Shown piece by piece: positions 37,195 through 46,924 of a DNA stretch of 64,000 nucleotides; the first letter of the stretch is position 1, and every line of letters begins with the position of its first letter. Below the pieces are notes generated by a model. It was not told the DNA's origin and did no database searches. It saw only the letters and a list, made by a program, of their open reading frames with translations. The stretch is from Dehalococcoidia bacterium. Its GTDB lineage: Bacteria > Chloroflexota > Dehalococcoidia > UBA6926. A program made the translations under genes and the position numbers. The stretch is taken from assembly GCA_965207895.1 (NCBI GenBank), contig CBDBNN010000003.1, positions 1,027,755 to 1,091,754 on the forward strand, given 5' to 3'.

Positions 37195-37875
37195 ATGGGT
37201 ACAATATCCGTGAACCGGCTGGCGGGCCTGTCCCTCATATTCGGGCCAATAATCGCCTTCATCTTCTTTCTCATAGAGCCGGGTGGACTACTGATAGACA
37301 GTGCCGAGGTGTCAGACGCTGTTGGCTCCATAACGGCCAAGAGCGATAACGCCACGCTGACCAATGTAACCAACATCGGGATAATCCTTGGCTTGCTGTT
37401 GATCCTCTCCGGCCTCTATGCGCTGATGCGGAACGTAACTCTGCAGGGCAACGGCAAGGCCCTTGTTCAGATGGGATTCTTCATGATCTTCGTCGGACTG
37501 GCCGGTTGGATTCTATCCGGCGGCATGGACTTCATTCTGGCCGATGCCGAAACCGCCGACCAGATCAGCGAAAGCGTACCCGTCTTCTATGTCGGCTCCG
37601 CTCTCGTCTACGCCGGTGGGATTGTGCTCGGGTTTGGCGGCTTCATCTTCGCGCTGGGCCTCTCCACGAGAGACGACTTCAACAGGATAATCTCCCTGTT
37701 GGCCACGGTAGTGAGCCTGGCCGTCATGGTCTTCTTCGTGGTAGCCGTCCTTGATAACGATAGCCGTGACACCTTTATCGCCCTGGCCCGGAGCTCCTAC
37801 GTGCTGCTCGTCATCTGGTATGCATATCTGGGCTTTGGCCTCATGAACCGCCCCGACCCTGACCTCTGGCAATAA
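37195..37875 (+). CDS. Hypothetical 6-TM membrane protein
   Basis: AAGGAGAT RBS 6 nt upstream of ATG 37195. Hydrophobic profile only. Confidence 0.55.
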   Translation: MGTISVNRLAGLSLIFGPIIAFIFFLIEPGGLLIDSAEVSDAVGSITAKSDNATLTNVTNIGIILGLLLILSGLYALMRNVTLQGNGKALVQMGFFMIFVGLAGWILSGGMDFILADAETADQISESVPVFYVGSALVYAGGIVLGFGGFIFALGLSTRDDFNRIISLLATVVSLAVMVFFVVAVLDNDSRDTFIALARSSYVLLVIWYAYLGFGLMNRPDPDLWQ

Positions 37876-37904
37876 CCAAAGCGACGACGCCCCGTAACGC
37901 ATTT

Positions 37905-38120
37905 CCCCTCATTCCGGCGAAAGCCGGAATCCATCGGGATACCCTCCCCCTCGCAACCACCGTCACCCCCGCGCAGGCGGGGGCAGGGTGGGGGTGAAGA
38001 GAGAATCCCCTCCCCCTCGATGGGGGAGGGCTAGGGTGGGGGTGACGGCAACGTCATTCCGAGCGTAGCCGAGGAACCTAAAGTCGTATCTGGTTACCAA
38101 GTTGGAACGCGGCACCACAA
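37905..38120. repeat. Composite repeat cluster (A'-variant, D-variants, C-variant)
   Basis: cattccggcgaaagccggaatccatcggga, cccctccccctcgatgggggagggctagggtgggggtga, gtcattccgagcgtagccgaggaacctaaag. Confidence 0.8.
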
Positions 38121-38182
38121 ACACACCGGCCCTCCGTGCAGGAACGCGAACCGAGAGCTGTAACGCAGTTACCTCCCATCCG

Positions 38183-38962
38183 TCACTCCTCCAGCGACGC
38201 CAAAAAACCCTGCAGACGGCTGTTAAAGGCCTCGGGATCCTCCCTGTGCGCCTCGTGGCCCACGCCCGGCAACAGGTCAAGCTCCGCCCCACGGATGGAA
38301 TCCCGGAGCATACGGGCGTGCCTGGCCCCAGCCCAATCGTCATCCTCCCCCTGCACGATCAGCGTTGGGCAGGTGATAGTATCCAGCCGGTCGCCGACGA
38401 TGCGGGGCTCGGTCTGATAGATGCGCTCCGCGCTCGCCACGTAGTCGTCGACCATCCCCTCCCAATAAGGGGAACCGTGGCTGCGGGCGAGGGCTTGCTG
38501 AAAGCCATCGGGCAGGTTGCTGGCGGGTGACAGCTGCCGCGTCGTCTCCATCGTCTGTTCGTCTAGAACCGCCTGCCCGGAGATCAGCGTCAGCGACCGC
38601 AGTCGATCGGGATGGTCGCCGGCAACCATCATCGCCACGATAGCGCCGTCGCTGAACCCGCACAGATGGACGGGCGGCAGCTCCAGGTTTTCAATCAGGG
38701 CCGCAATGTCCTCAGTGTCCCTCTCGTAGAAATCGTCGAACGATTCACGAGGGTCCGATCCGCCGTGGCCCAGGAAATTCGGCACGATCACCTGGTAGTC
38801 CGAGGCGAACTCGTTTATCTGTCCCCGAAAGTGGGCGCGGCCGGTCCCAAGCGCCCCGTGCAGGAACAGCAGCGGCGGCCCATCCCCCTGCACGATGCAG
38901 CGCAGACGGCCATGCTGCGCCATAACATCTATCTCTTGCGGTTGTTCAGCTTCATACGTCAT
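38183..38962 (-). CDS. Alpha/beta hydrolase fold protein
   Basis: LLFLHGALG oxyanion region and GFSDGA nucleophile elbow. Start set at MTYEAEQ with GGAG RBS. The N-terminal extension into the repeat region is rejected. Confidence 0.8.
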   Translation of the reverse strand: MTYEAEQPQEIDVMAQHGRLRCIVQGDGPPLLFLHGALGTGRAHFRGQINEFASDYQVIVPNFLGHGGSDPRESFDDFYERDTEDIAALIENLELPPVHLCGFSDGAIVAMMVAGDHPDRLRSLTLISGQAVLDEQTMETTRQLSPASNLPDGFQQALARSHGSPYWEGMVDDYVASAERIYQTEPRIVGDRLDTITCPTLIVQGEDDDWAGARHARMLRDSIRGAELDLLPGVGHEAHREDPEAFNSRLQGFLASLEE

Positions 38963-39059
38963 AGATCGTCTCCGCCCCCTCCCCATGCGATACACGGCAA
39001 GCGCCTGATTATACCAAGTCTGGTGAGCCCACCAAGACTGAATTGCGAACTTAAGCCGT

Positions 39060-39240
39060 AGCGCAGCTACCCGTTCGCCCTGAGCCTGTCGAAGGGGGCT
39101 CCCGAACGGGGAACTAACACCACCGTCATTCCCGCGCCAACCGAATCCCCGCGCAGGCGGGGCCCACGCCGCCCACAGGGCGGCTCCCCATGTCATTCCG
39201 AGCGCAGCGAAGAATCTACAGACTCAATTATGCCGCCCAA
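39060..39240. repeat. Composite repeat cluster (B, A-variant, C) at the left border of the low-GC island
   Basis: gttcgccctgagcctgtcgaagggggctcccgaacgggga, gtcattcccgcgccaaccgaatccccgcgcaggcgggg, gtcattccgagcgcagcgaagaatctacag. Confidence 0.8.
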
Positions 39241-39260
39241 CCCCCATTGCGTGCTCTCGT

Positions 39261-39962
39261 TCATCCTGACTGCAATGGAGATTGGCTGACTTCAACGTGA
39301 ACAATCCTACGTTCATCTGGACGAATTGAATCTGGGAAAGAAGTGCGGGGTATTGGCAAACTTGCTACGTAATTATGGTGTGCGCTGTTGTAGAAGTTGC
39401 GCAGAACGAAATCCACGAATTTGGTCGGTGTCAGCGGAGAACTTACTGGAATCCTGCAGTTTCGGTATTGTCCGAGAGTCAGATGTACTCTTGGGTGTAA
39501 CGATTCTGGTGGTCCCTGATCTGCCAAGTTATAGTCGAATCTCAAAGGAACAGGGACCACATTGCTTGCCACCACTTCCGCGAAGACCACGTTATTGATA
39601 TAGATGTCAGGATTAGCTTGGAACTCATGAAGATATGGGGAAGGGAAGAAAGCGAGGCGGTGACTTATGAGCCGACTTCCGTCGTATCGATAAAGCATCT
39701 GTAGCAGACCACCGTCAAGCATCTTGACGTTGTAAGCCCTCGATGCAACTAGCTGATCATAGATAACCTCGTACTCTTGGTTGTGAAGTGCAACACTTAT
39801 ATGTTCGGAACCTTCAAAGCTTATCTCTAGGAACCCATCATTTAGCCGCCGTTCGAACGGAAAGCTTTGATCATCTGCTAGACTTTCAACAATCAAGAAT
39901 CTAATGATTCCAGTGATCTCGGCTTTCGTTTCGTTTGCGGTGGCCATGACATTAGTCGTCAA
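39261..39962 (-). CDS. Hypothetical protein, 233 aa, no recognisable domain. Partner gene of the NERD-helicase (11-nt overlap)
   Basis: ORF in a low-GC context. Its start overlaps the stop of the upstream helicase gene. Confidence 0.55.
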   Translation of the reverse strand: MTTNVMATANETKAEITGIIRFLIVESLADDQSFPFERRLNDGFLEISFEGSEHISVALHNQEYEVIYDQLVASRAYNVKMLDGGLLQMLYRYDGSRLISHRLAFFPSPYLHEFQANPDIYINNVVFAEVVASNVVPVPLRFDYNLADQGPPESLHPRVHLTLGQYRNCRIPVSSPLTPTKFVDFVLRNFYNSAHHNYVASLPIPRTSFPDSIRPDERRIVHVEVSQSPLQSG

Positions 39963-42144
39963 GCAGTTCTCTTAGCTTCAGAACGTCCATTTTGTCCAAG
40001 TCCTCCGTCCGCATCTCCCCAGATTCAAGGCTCTCTATGAGCTCTGCAAATCTCCGCCGCCCACCTTCCAGACGCCGCTTCTCCGACTTTGTCATATCTC
40101 GGTGAACGATCTTGAGGCGCTCCCGTAATGTTGCCCCCGGATACACAAAATCCAACTCAAAGTCTCTTTTTCGGAGTTCCTCATATTCTTTCATGAGAGG
40201 CTGCATGCGATTTCCGAAACCGACCACTCGAATCCAAGCTTTACTTCGTGTAATCGCAGTGAAAAGACGATTACGCACTGTTGCTAGATTTATCGCAGAT
40301 GTCGTGCAATCTTGGGCATTGATGATGTAGACCATTCCAGCCTCGTTCCCTTTAGCGCGAAAGATCCCAGTAAATGTTACGGAGGGCGTGCCGGACATAT
40401 AGAATACGTCTGGATCTGTGTCTACACCCGCAATATGCGACTGAATACCCATATCCGCTAGCATTGCTCTTATGGGCCCTACGTTTGCTCGGGTCGAAGT
40501 AGGGTCTGGATTGATGACGACAATGTCGTCATGGCGCAACTCTTCATCCTCAATATTGGCCTTAATCTGAGTTGCCACCCATTCAGCCTGCTCCGCATCG
40601 CTTTCAAAAACTTTGAACTGAAGCAAGTCACTCAGGTCTGAGTGATCCTCAAGGAATCTAGGACTAGTCGTTTCATCACGTTGCAAAACAACCGGTTCGT
40701 TGTCTGCGAGCCGCCCTTCTCGAACCCTGTAGCCCACGTCCTCCCACAAGTTTGCATTGTCGAACATTTGAATTAAGCCGGTGTCAGCTCCAGTCGGTGC
40801 CTCCCGATAGATACCGAACCCGAGGGCATGGGCAGTTACGAGCAGTGGACGTGAGTTCCTGTAACACTTCCGCAAAATGATGTCAGCGCTGTCAGGCTCG
40901 TTACTCGCCTGTACTCGACCGTTACCTGATGCTGCCTCTGGCATATCTTCAAATATTCTCTCTGGTGACGGCAACGATTCGTCCCTGAGATTCTGCAACT
41001 CGTCATAAGCATAGACCAGCCGCTTAGGCTCTCTCAGGAAAGCATGGCATAGTCTGAGAAATGCTGGCGAGAAGTCTTGTGCCTCGTCAATGAGAATGGC
41101 GTCGTACTGAGGGCGTAATTCCTCCGCTTGGCTAAGTGCCAATGCGCAGGCCTTCGAAAAGGTGTCTTGCGCTCCTAAAGTTCGCCTCGCAGATTGGAAG
41201 TCAAAATAGGATAAACCGTGAGTATGGCAGAACTCAAAATATATGCCATCGCGTCTATTGGCGCCAGGAGCACCCCAAGCATTCACTATGCGAAGTTGGT
41301 CCCAATTCGGTTCTTCATTTGTTTGTTGAAGGAAAAAGGATGCGATTAGTCTCTGAAAAAGTGCCTTTAGAGATCTTGTGTTGAACGTAACAGCGATCCG
41401 CCAGTCTGGGTGCTGGGCATGCAAATATGCTGCCTTTCGGGCGAGAACGATGGTCTTCCCTGACCCTGCAAGCCCTCTGATTCGTTGGACGCCCTCCACA
41501 GTTTCGACAACTGCCTTGCGTTGCATTCCATCCAGGGCAGCAATCGAACCCTCTAGCTGCTTTAACCTAGCACCCCTAGAATCGGGCGATTCTGCAGGCC
41601 GCTTGGTCCTCGTTTGACGGATAGCTGACGTGCTGTCAATTGCTGCGAGCGTGGCCTCGAACAAATCAGCCCGTTCCCATGTGGCTCCACTGGCAGTTAA
41701 CTTGCTACCCAAATCCTGTGCGTTAGCTATCGGATAGCCTTTCGTTCCGCTATCTGGCGACATATCTACCGCAGGAGCAAAAGATATTACCTCTATTGGA
41801 ACGAGGAGTTCTCGATGTTCCACAAGCTCTCGCTGTAGTTTCAATTTCGATTCCAACTTGTTGTAAGAATCATCTTGCAATGCTTCGTATCCCTGAAGGT
41901 CGGTGCCCTCTATAAGGCAAATTATGGTCACGCCTGTCTCTCTAGTGACTAGTAGCCCGTCGATTACATGCGGACCTTCGCTCGTTGCCACTATTGGGTA
42001 GCCAACAAGCAGGAGGCCGCTAAGGCCTTCAAGGTCGGTTACAATGCTCGCCAAGACGCTTGAGGAGGCAGGTTTATTGCTTGTACCCCTTACGACTTCT
42101 ATGCTCACAGCTTCACCCCAGAACGCTATGGTGCTTGCCTCCAC
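39952..42144 (-). CDS. Fusion of an N-terminal NERD-like/PD-(D/E)xK-like nuclease domain with an SF1 (UvrD/DUF2075-like) helicase/ATPase. Nhi-like architecture
   Basis: N-terminal LLLVGYPIV...HVIDGLLVTRETGVTIICLIEG resembles NERD. Walker A GLAGSGKT, Walker B ILIDEAQDF, YRNS, FRAKGNEAGMVYI and TAITRSKAW motifs of the SF1/DUF2075 type. Start codon uncertain (GTG at 42144). Confidence 0.7.
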   Translation of the reverse strand: MEASTIAFWGEAVSIEVVRGTSNKPASSSVLASIVTDLEGLSGLLLVGYPIVATSEGPHVIDGLLVTRETGVTIICLIEGTDLQGYEALQDDSYNKLESKLKLQRELVEHRELLVPIEVISFAPAVDMSPDSGTKGYPIANAQDLGSKLTASGATWERADLFEATLAAIDSTSAIRQTRTKRPAESPDSRGARLKQLEGSIAALDGMQRKAVVETVEGVQRIRGLAGSGKTIVLARKAAYLHAQHPDWRIAVTFNTRSLKALFQRLIASFFLQQTNEEPNWDQLRIVNAWGAPGANRRDGIYFEFCHTHGLSYFDFQSARRTLGAQDTFSKACALALSQAEELRPQYDAILIDEAQDFSPAFLRLCHAFLREPKRLVYAYDELQNLRDESLPSPERIFEDMPEAASGNGRVQASNEPDSADIILRKCYRNSRPLLVTAHALGFGIYREAPTGADTGLIQMFDNANLWEDVGYRVREGRLADNEPVVLQRDETTSPRFLEDHSDLSDLLQFKVFESDAEQAEWVATQIKANIEDEELRHDDIVVINPDPTSTRANVGPIRAMLADMGIQSHIAGVDTDPDVFYMSGTPSVTFTGIFRAKGNEAGMVYIINAQDCTTSAINLATVRNRLFTAITRSKAWIRVVGFGNRMQPLMKEYEELRKRDFELDFVYPGATLRERLKIVHRDMTKSEKRRLEGGRRRFAELIESLESGEMRTEDLDKMDVLKLRELLDD

Positions 42145-42298
42145 TATTGTAACGGCTTACACTCCGCTCTCCCTACATCTAATCGAGGTCAGAAAGGTGC
42201 CAGCTATTCGGTTAGACTGTGAAGTTCTCTAACGGCAGTAAGTTTCGACTGAAAGTAAGGATGGGTTTGGAAGGCGCACTGCAACAAGAGTGAAGCAT

Positions 42299-42370
42299 GG
42301 GCCCGGCAGGGATCGAACCTGCGACCGATCGGTTATGAGCCGACTGCTCTGCCACTGAGCTACGGGCCCC
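42299..42370 (-). tRNA. tRNA-Met (anticodon CAT). Could alternatively be tRNA-Ile2 (lysidine), but not initiator-like
   Basis: Cloverleaf read from sequence: acceptor GGGCCCG/CGGGCCC, D-arm GCTC-AGTGGCA-GAGC, anticodon loop CTCATAA, T-arm GCAGG-TTCGATC-CCTGC, discriminator A, no encoded CCA. Confidence 0.8.
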
Positions 42371-42598
42371 CAAAAACAAACGATGTCACAATCGTAGCAT
42401 CGAGGATGAACATCGAACCGCCGACCCGCGGCGAGGCGCGTGGCGGTGGCCTCGGCCGCTGGGATACCATTGGGGCATGGCTCATACGACCCTCCTGTGT
42501 ATCCAACCCTTACTTTTGTTCTACCTACGCGACCAAACGGCAAGCTGGGCGCGCCCAAACACGCTGCCCGACAGCACGAGGGCAGGGGCGCAGAACCG

Positions 42599-43855
42599 GT
42601 GAGATACCAACCCCATTACGGCTGGGTCATCGCCGGCGTTCTCTTTGTCTGTTTCACCCTGACCGTCGGCATGCTCCAGTACTCCTACGGTGTCTTCGTG
42701 GCCCCGCTGGAGGAGGAATTCGGCTGGACGCGCGCCGAGGTCAACGTATCCCTATCGTTCTTCGCGATGACCGGCCTCCTGGCCCCCCTCGCCGGCCCTC
42801 TCCTGGACCGCTTTGGCTCATCGCGAGTGATGATGCTCTCGTATCTGCTTCTTGCAATCAGTTTCCTGCCGCGCCCGTGGATGACGGAACTCTGGGAGTT
42901 CTACGCGCTCAACATCCTGATGTACGCAGGAATGCCGGGCGCGATCATGCTGCCCGTCGGCAAGCTCATTGGCATCTGGTTCACGGAGGCGCGAGGCCGC
43001 GCCGTCGGCATCACGGCCATGGGCGCCAACTTCGGCGGCTTCATCTTCTCCGCCCAGACACGGACCCTCATCGACCTCACGGACTGGCGCGCAACGTATT
43101 TCATCTTCGGCGTGGCGATCGCCATGCTCATACCAATCATCGCGCTTACGATCAGGGACGCGCCGCGTCGCCCGGCGGACAGACCGCTGAGAACGGAAGC
43201 TTCGGCCGTAGTCCCGCCTGAGGAGGGCATGGCCGTTCGCGACGCGATACGCACCCGCGCCTTCCTCCTTATGACATTCGGACTGCTCCTGGCGACGATT
43301 CCGTATCAGTCGGTCCTGACGCAGATAATCCCGCACCTCGAGGCCGAGGGCATGAGCTCGGCGGACGCCGCGTGGGTGCTGAGTGTCCTGGCCGTCTTCG
43401 GCATGGTGGGAAAGGTGCTCCTCGGCTGGCTATCGGATCTCATCGCTGCCCGCAAAGTCTTTGTCGCCAGCCTGTTCTTGCAGGCGTTTGGGTTGCTGGT
43501 ACTCGTCAACGGAGGCACGTCGATATACGTGTGGCTCCTATTTGTTCCGATATTCGGCGTTGCCTTTGGCGGCATGGGATCCCTCATGACACTCCTGCCG
43601 CTGGAAACATTTGGCATCCGGGCGTTCGCCTCGATTTTTGGCCTGCTCAGCCTGCTCATCCTCCCCACCGCCCTCATCGGCCCGCCGCTGACCGGCTACG
43701 CATTTGATGTAACAGGCTCCTACACGATTGCGTTCTACGTGATCGCGGCCCTCCTCGTCATCGGATCAATTGCCCTCTGGTTTGCCGCCCCGCCAAAATG
43801 GCAGAAATCCGAGGAAGAAGAAGAAACCCGCGACATCGCCCAGGTCGCAACGTAG
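42599..43855 (+). CDS. MFS transporter (OFA/MCT-like)
   Basis: 12-TM MFS topology. GTG 42599 chosen; the longer track N-terminus is doubtful. Confidence 0.75.
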   Translation: MRYQPHYGWVIAGVLFVCFTLTVGMLQYSYGVFVAPLEEEFGWTRAEVNVSLSFFAMTGLLAPLAGPLLDRFGSSRVMMLSYLLLAISFLPRPWMTELWEFYALNILMYAGMPGAIMLPVGKLIGIWFTEARGRAVGITAMGANFGGFIFSAQTRTLIDLTDWRATYFIFGVAIAMLIPIIALTIRDAPRRPADRPLRTEASAVVPPEEGMAVRDAIRTRAFLLMTFGLLLATIPYQSVLTQIIPHLEAEGMSSADAAWVLSVLAVFGMVGKVLLGWLSDLIAARKVFVASLFLQAFGLLVLVNGGTSIYVWLLFVPIFGVAFGGMGSLMTLLPLETFGIRAFASIFGLLSLLILPTALIGPPLTGYAFDVTGSYTIAFYVIAALLVIGSIALWFAAPPKWQKSEEEEETRDIAQVAT

Positions 43856-43958
43856 TCCCACCGAGGAACCCCCTCCCCGTCACCCCCATGCCGGAACGCG
43901 GCACGGGAACTCCAAGAGTCGGCCAAAGTAAATCGCGAACCATGGCCGTAGGCACTGC

Positions 43959-44861
43959 CTACCGCTCCAGCACACTCAACGGCCGTTCCGCCATCCCCGC
44001 CACGATGGGCGTCAATCCCTGTTGCGTCAGCGTCGCCGCCGCCCCGTCCGCCTCCTCCCGCGTCCCCAAAACCGCATACAGCGACGGCCCCGCCCCGGAA
44101 AGACTCACATTCGCCTCACCCGGAACCGCCTGAGCCAGCGCCTCCCGGAACCTCCCGATACCCGGAAAAGCCCGATCCGCCACCGAATTGAACGTGTTGA
44201 CCGCCGCCACGCCCCGTAGAACGTCGCCCACCGACGAACCCGACTCGATAAGCTCCTTCAACCCCCTCGTCCGCTCACCGTCCCCATACAACGACTCATC
44301 CAGCATCCGGAACAGCACCCGCGTTTTCGGCGACGGCACCGGGACCTCCGGCACAAGAATCACGGCCCACGCCAACGGCATCGAGGGCAGGGCAGTGATC
44401 GTCTCCCCCCGCCCCTCCACCAACGCCGTCGCCGACTCCCCCAAAAAGAACGGCACATCGGACCCCACCGCCGCACCAATCTCCAGCAGCCGCTCGCGCC
44501 GCACAGGCGCGTCCCACAACAACGACAACGCCACCAGCGCCGCCGCTCCGTCCGCGCTCCCCCCGCCAAGCCCCGCCGCAACGGGTATAGACTTCCGTAA
44601 CAGCAGCCGCGCCCCCTGCTCGATACCCAACGATTCCTTCAGCAGCCGTGCGGCCGTCAAAACCGTGTTCTCGTCGCTCTCCAACAGGGCAGGGTCGTTG
44701 CACTCAAAACTCAATGAGCCGTCCGGCGAGGGCAGGGCAACAAGCTCATCCGACAGATCGATGGCCTGCATCACGGAGATGAGTTCGTGAAAACCGTCAT
44801 CGCGCCGACCGATTACCTCAAGGCTCAGATTGATCTTGGCGTTCGCCGTAACGTGGATCAT
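43959..44861 (-). CDS. ispE: 4-diphosphocytidyl-2-C-methyl-D-erythritol kinase
   Basis: GHMP kinase motifs KINLSLEV and PVAAGLGGGSADGAAAL. ATGA overlap with upstream ksgA. Confidence 0.85.
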   Translation of the reverse strand: MIHVTANAKINLSLEVIGRRDDGFHELISVMQAIDLSDELVALPSPDGSLSFECNDPALLESDENTVLTAARLLKESLGIEQGARLLLRKSIPVAAGLGGGSADGAAALVALSLLWDAPVRRERLLEIGAAVGSDVPFFLGESATALVEGRGETITALPSMPLAWAVILVPEVPVPSPKTRVLFRMLDESLYGDGERTRGLKELIESGSSVGDVLRGVAAVNTFNSVADRAFPGIGRFREALAQAVPGEANVSLSGAGPSLYAVLGTREEADGAAATLTQQGLTPIVAGMAERPLSVLER

Positions 44862-45700
44862 GACGTCTCGCCTCGGTTCGCGGCCAGAAAACGCTGCATC
44901 ACCAGGGCGATTGGCGCCCACTCGTCGATGGTCAATGTCTCGGCCCGCCGCCGCCCATCGATCCCGATCGTCGTGAGCGCCGCGTCCACGAACTGCGCCT
45001 CGGTGCCAAGCCCCCCGGCCAGCGAGTTGCGCAACTGCTTGCGCGGCGCGCTGAAACCGGCCCGCGCCACACCGAAGAACTGCGGCTGCTGGTCCTCGGA
45101 AACACGTGGCTCCGGCAGCACATCCAGCCGAACGACAGCCGACTCAACACCCGGTGCGGGCACGAAACTCCCGGGCTTCACACGCCGCACGATCCGCGCA
45201 TTCGCGAAGACCTGCGTCGCGATCGTCAGCAGGCTTGCCTTGCCGGGTGGGGCCGTCATCTGCTGCGCCACCTCACGCTGCACCATCACCACCATCCGCT
45301 GCGGTGGGTGGCTCGACTCAAGGAACAGCCGAATGGTGGGAGACGCGACGTAATAGGGCAGATTCGCAACGACAACATACGGTCTCCCCCCCGTCAACTC
45401 CGCCGGTGACTGGTCGCGGATGTCTCCGTGAAGCAGCGTCAGATTTTGGTGTTCGGATAGCATCGTGCGCGCCTGTGCGACCATGTCCGCGTCGATTTCG
45501 ACGGCAACGACGTGCCCCGCGTTTTCGAGCAGCCGGCGCGTCAGCAACCCTGTCCCCGGCCCCACCTCCACGACAAGATCCTCGCTGGACAACTCCGCAG
45601 CCTCAACAATCCCGTCAAGCACCCCCCCGCTCACGAGCAAGTGCTGCCCCAGCGCCTTATTCAACCGAGGCCGTTCAGACCGCTTTCGGCGTGTCGTCAT
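44858..45700 (-). CDS. rsmA: 16S rRNA (adenine1518/1519-N6)-dimethyltransferase RsmA/KsgA
   Basis: LGQHLL, SAM-binding VVEVGPGTG, and NLPY motifs. Start at MTTRRK with GGAGGG RBS. The track N-terminal extension into the repeat is rejected. Confidence 0.85.
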   Translation of the reverse strand: MTTRRKRSERPRLNKALGQHLLVSGGVLDGIVEAAELSSEDLVVEVGPGTGLLTRRLLENAGHVVAVEIDADMVAQARTMLSEHQNLTLLHGDIRDQSPAELTGGRPYVVVANLPYYVASPTIRLFLESSHPPQRMVVMVQREVAQQMTAPPGKASLLTIATQVFANARIVRRVKPGSFVPAPGVESAVVRLDVLPEPRVSEDQQPQFFGVARAGFSAPRKQLRNSLAGGLGTEAQFVDAALTTIGIDGRRRAETLTIDEWAPIALVMQRFLAANRGETS

Positions 45701-45715
45701 CCCGCCCTCCGTAAT

Positions 45716-45830
45716 AGCATTCCCCTCATTCCGACGAAAGCATGCCCCGTACTCCGATACGGGGCCGGAATCCATCGGGACAATCCCCTCCCCCTTGATG
45801 GGGGAGGGTTGGGGTGGGGGTGAACACAAA
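45716..45830. repeat. Composite repeat (A-variant + D-variant)
   Basis: cattccgacgaaagcatgccccgtactccgatacggggccggaatccatcggga...cccctcccccttgatgggggagggttggggtgggggtga. Confidence 0.8.
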
Positions 45831-46139
45831 AAGAAAAGAGGCCATGCACCCCCTCTCGAACTGGATACCGGATGGGCGAAACGACCACGCGACTCAGCCC
45901 AGGCGCTCCCGCGGCGCCCGAAGGACATTCCTTATCGTTGCTTCCTTCCGGACCTGGCGAAGTTCAGAGGCCTTCGTCGCACGGGACCCGAACATCAACA
46001 TCGTTTGAGCGCCTCGCGTCATTCGGACCACAGCCCTCAAGAGGGAATTCAGCCTCGCTAGAGCGGATTGCGAGTACAGGGCACCGCTGGCTCCCCGCCT
46101 AGCATGACCTCGAAACTCAGTATCCCCGCGCCACCCCAT

Positions 46140-46330
46140 TCGGTCAACGCCCCCCCGTTCGCCCTGAGCTTGTCGAAGGGGGCTCGCGAACGGGAACCTG
46201 GACCCCCTCCGTCATTCTGGCCGCACGGCCAGAATCTGAATCGTATTGCGCCCCCAACTCCGGTAACGCCATGTCCGTCATTCCCGTGAAAACGAGAATC
46301 CAGTGCCGCCCAGAGGGCGGCCACAATCCC
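46140..46330. repeat. Composite repeat cluster (B, A-variants)
   Basis: gttcgccctgagcttgtcgaagggggctcgcgaacggga, gtcattctggccgcacggccagaatctgaatc, gtcattcccgtgaaaacgagaatccagtgccgccc. Confidence 0.8.
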
Positions 46331-46465
46331 CTCTAACGGCCAAAGCCGGAAAGCGGCACACCAAACGTAACGGCCACCGTGCCGGACCGCGAACCTTGGC
46401 CGTAGGCACTGCCTACCCCTTGCTACACTAACCACAACAACCGCCGAACAGTCAGGAAATCCCGA

Positions 46466-46855
46466 ATGCCAAAGACCATCTACCTCGCAAACCCCTACGG
46501 CTTCTCTCGACAACAGCGGGCCCTCCTCCTGCCGCCGATCGTTGCCGCCCTCGAGGAACTGGGCCTTGAGGTCTGGGAGCCCTTCTTACGCAACAATCAG
46601 GTCGACTTCTCACAGGAGGGATGGGCCTACCAGGTGGGGCAGCTCGACTACAGCGACGTGGCTGAGAGCGACGCCATCTTTGCCGTCGTCAACGGCGTCC
46701 CGCCGGACGAGGGCGTCATGATCGAACTGGGGATGGCCATAGCGCTAAAGAAACCAACCTTCCTGTTCCGCGACGACTTCCGACGAGCCAGCGAAAGCGA
46801 TCAATACCCGCTGAACCTCATGCTCTTCACCGGACTACCCGAAAAGGGCTGGTAG
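46466..46855 (+). CDS. Nucleoside 2-deoxyribosyltransferase family protein
   Basis: IYLANPYGFS...GVMIELGMA motif pattern of the family. The gene is bracketed by repeat clusters on both sides. Confidence 0.75.
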   Translation: MPKTIYLANPYGFSRQQRALLLPPIVAALEELGLEVWEPFLRNNQVDFSQEGWAYQVGQLDYSDVAESDAIFAVVNGVPPDEGVMIELGMAIALKKPTFLFRDDFRRASESDQYPLNLMLFTGLPEKGW

Positions 46856-46924
46856 GACTACTACTACAAGTCGGTGAACGAAATAACCTCCCCCGACAAA
46901 GCCCTCGCCCGCTGGGCCTCCTCC

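Larger units (their letters stand above)
39241..42298. mobile_element. Putative horizontally acquired genomic island (low GC, ~45% vs ~62% flanks) inserted next to the 3' end of tRNA-Met
   Basis: Abrupt composition shift visible by eye. Bounded by the tRNA 3' end at 42299 and a repeat cluster at 39060-39240. Carries two coupled genes with atypical codon usage. No integrase or att duplication seen. Confidence 0.5.

Noticed and set aside
39241-42298. Direct repeat of the tRNA-Met 3' end, or an integrase, marking the island
   Set aside because: By eye I find no copy of the tRNA 3' segment (GGTTCGATCCCTGCCGGGCCCA) at the distal border, and there is no integrase or recombinase ORF. The island call therefore rests on composition and tRNA adjacency only.
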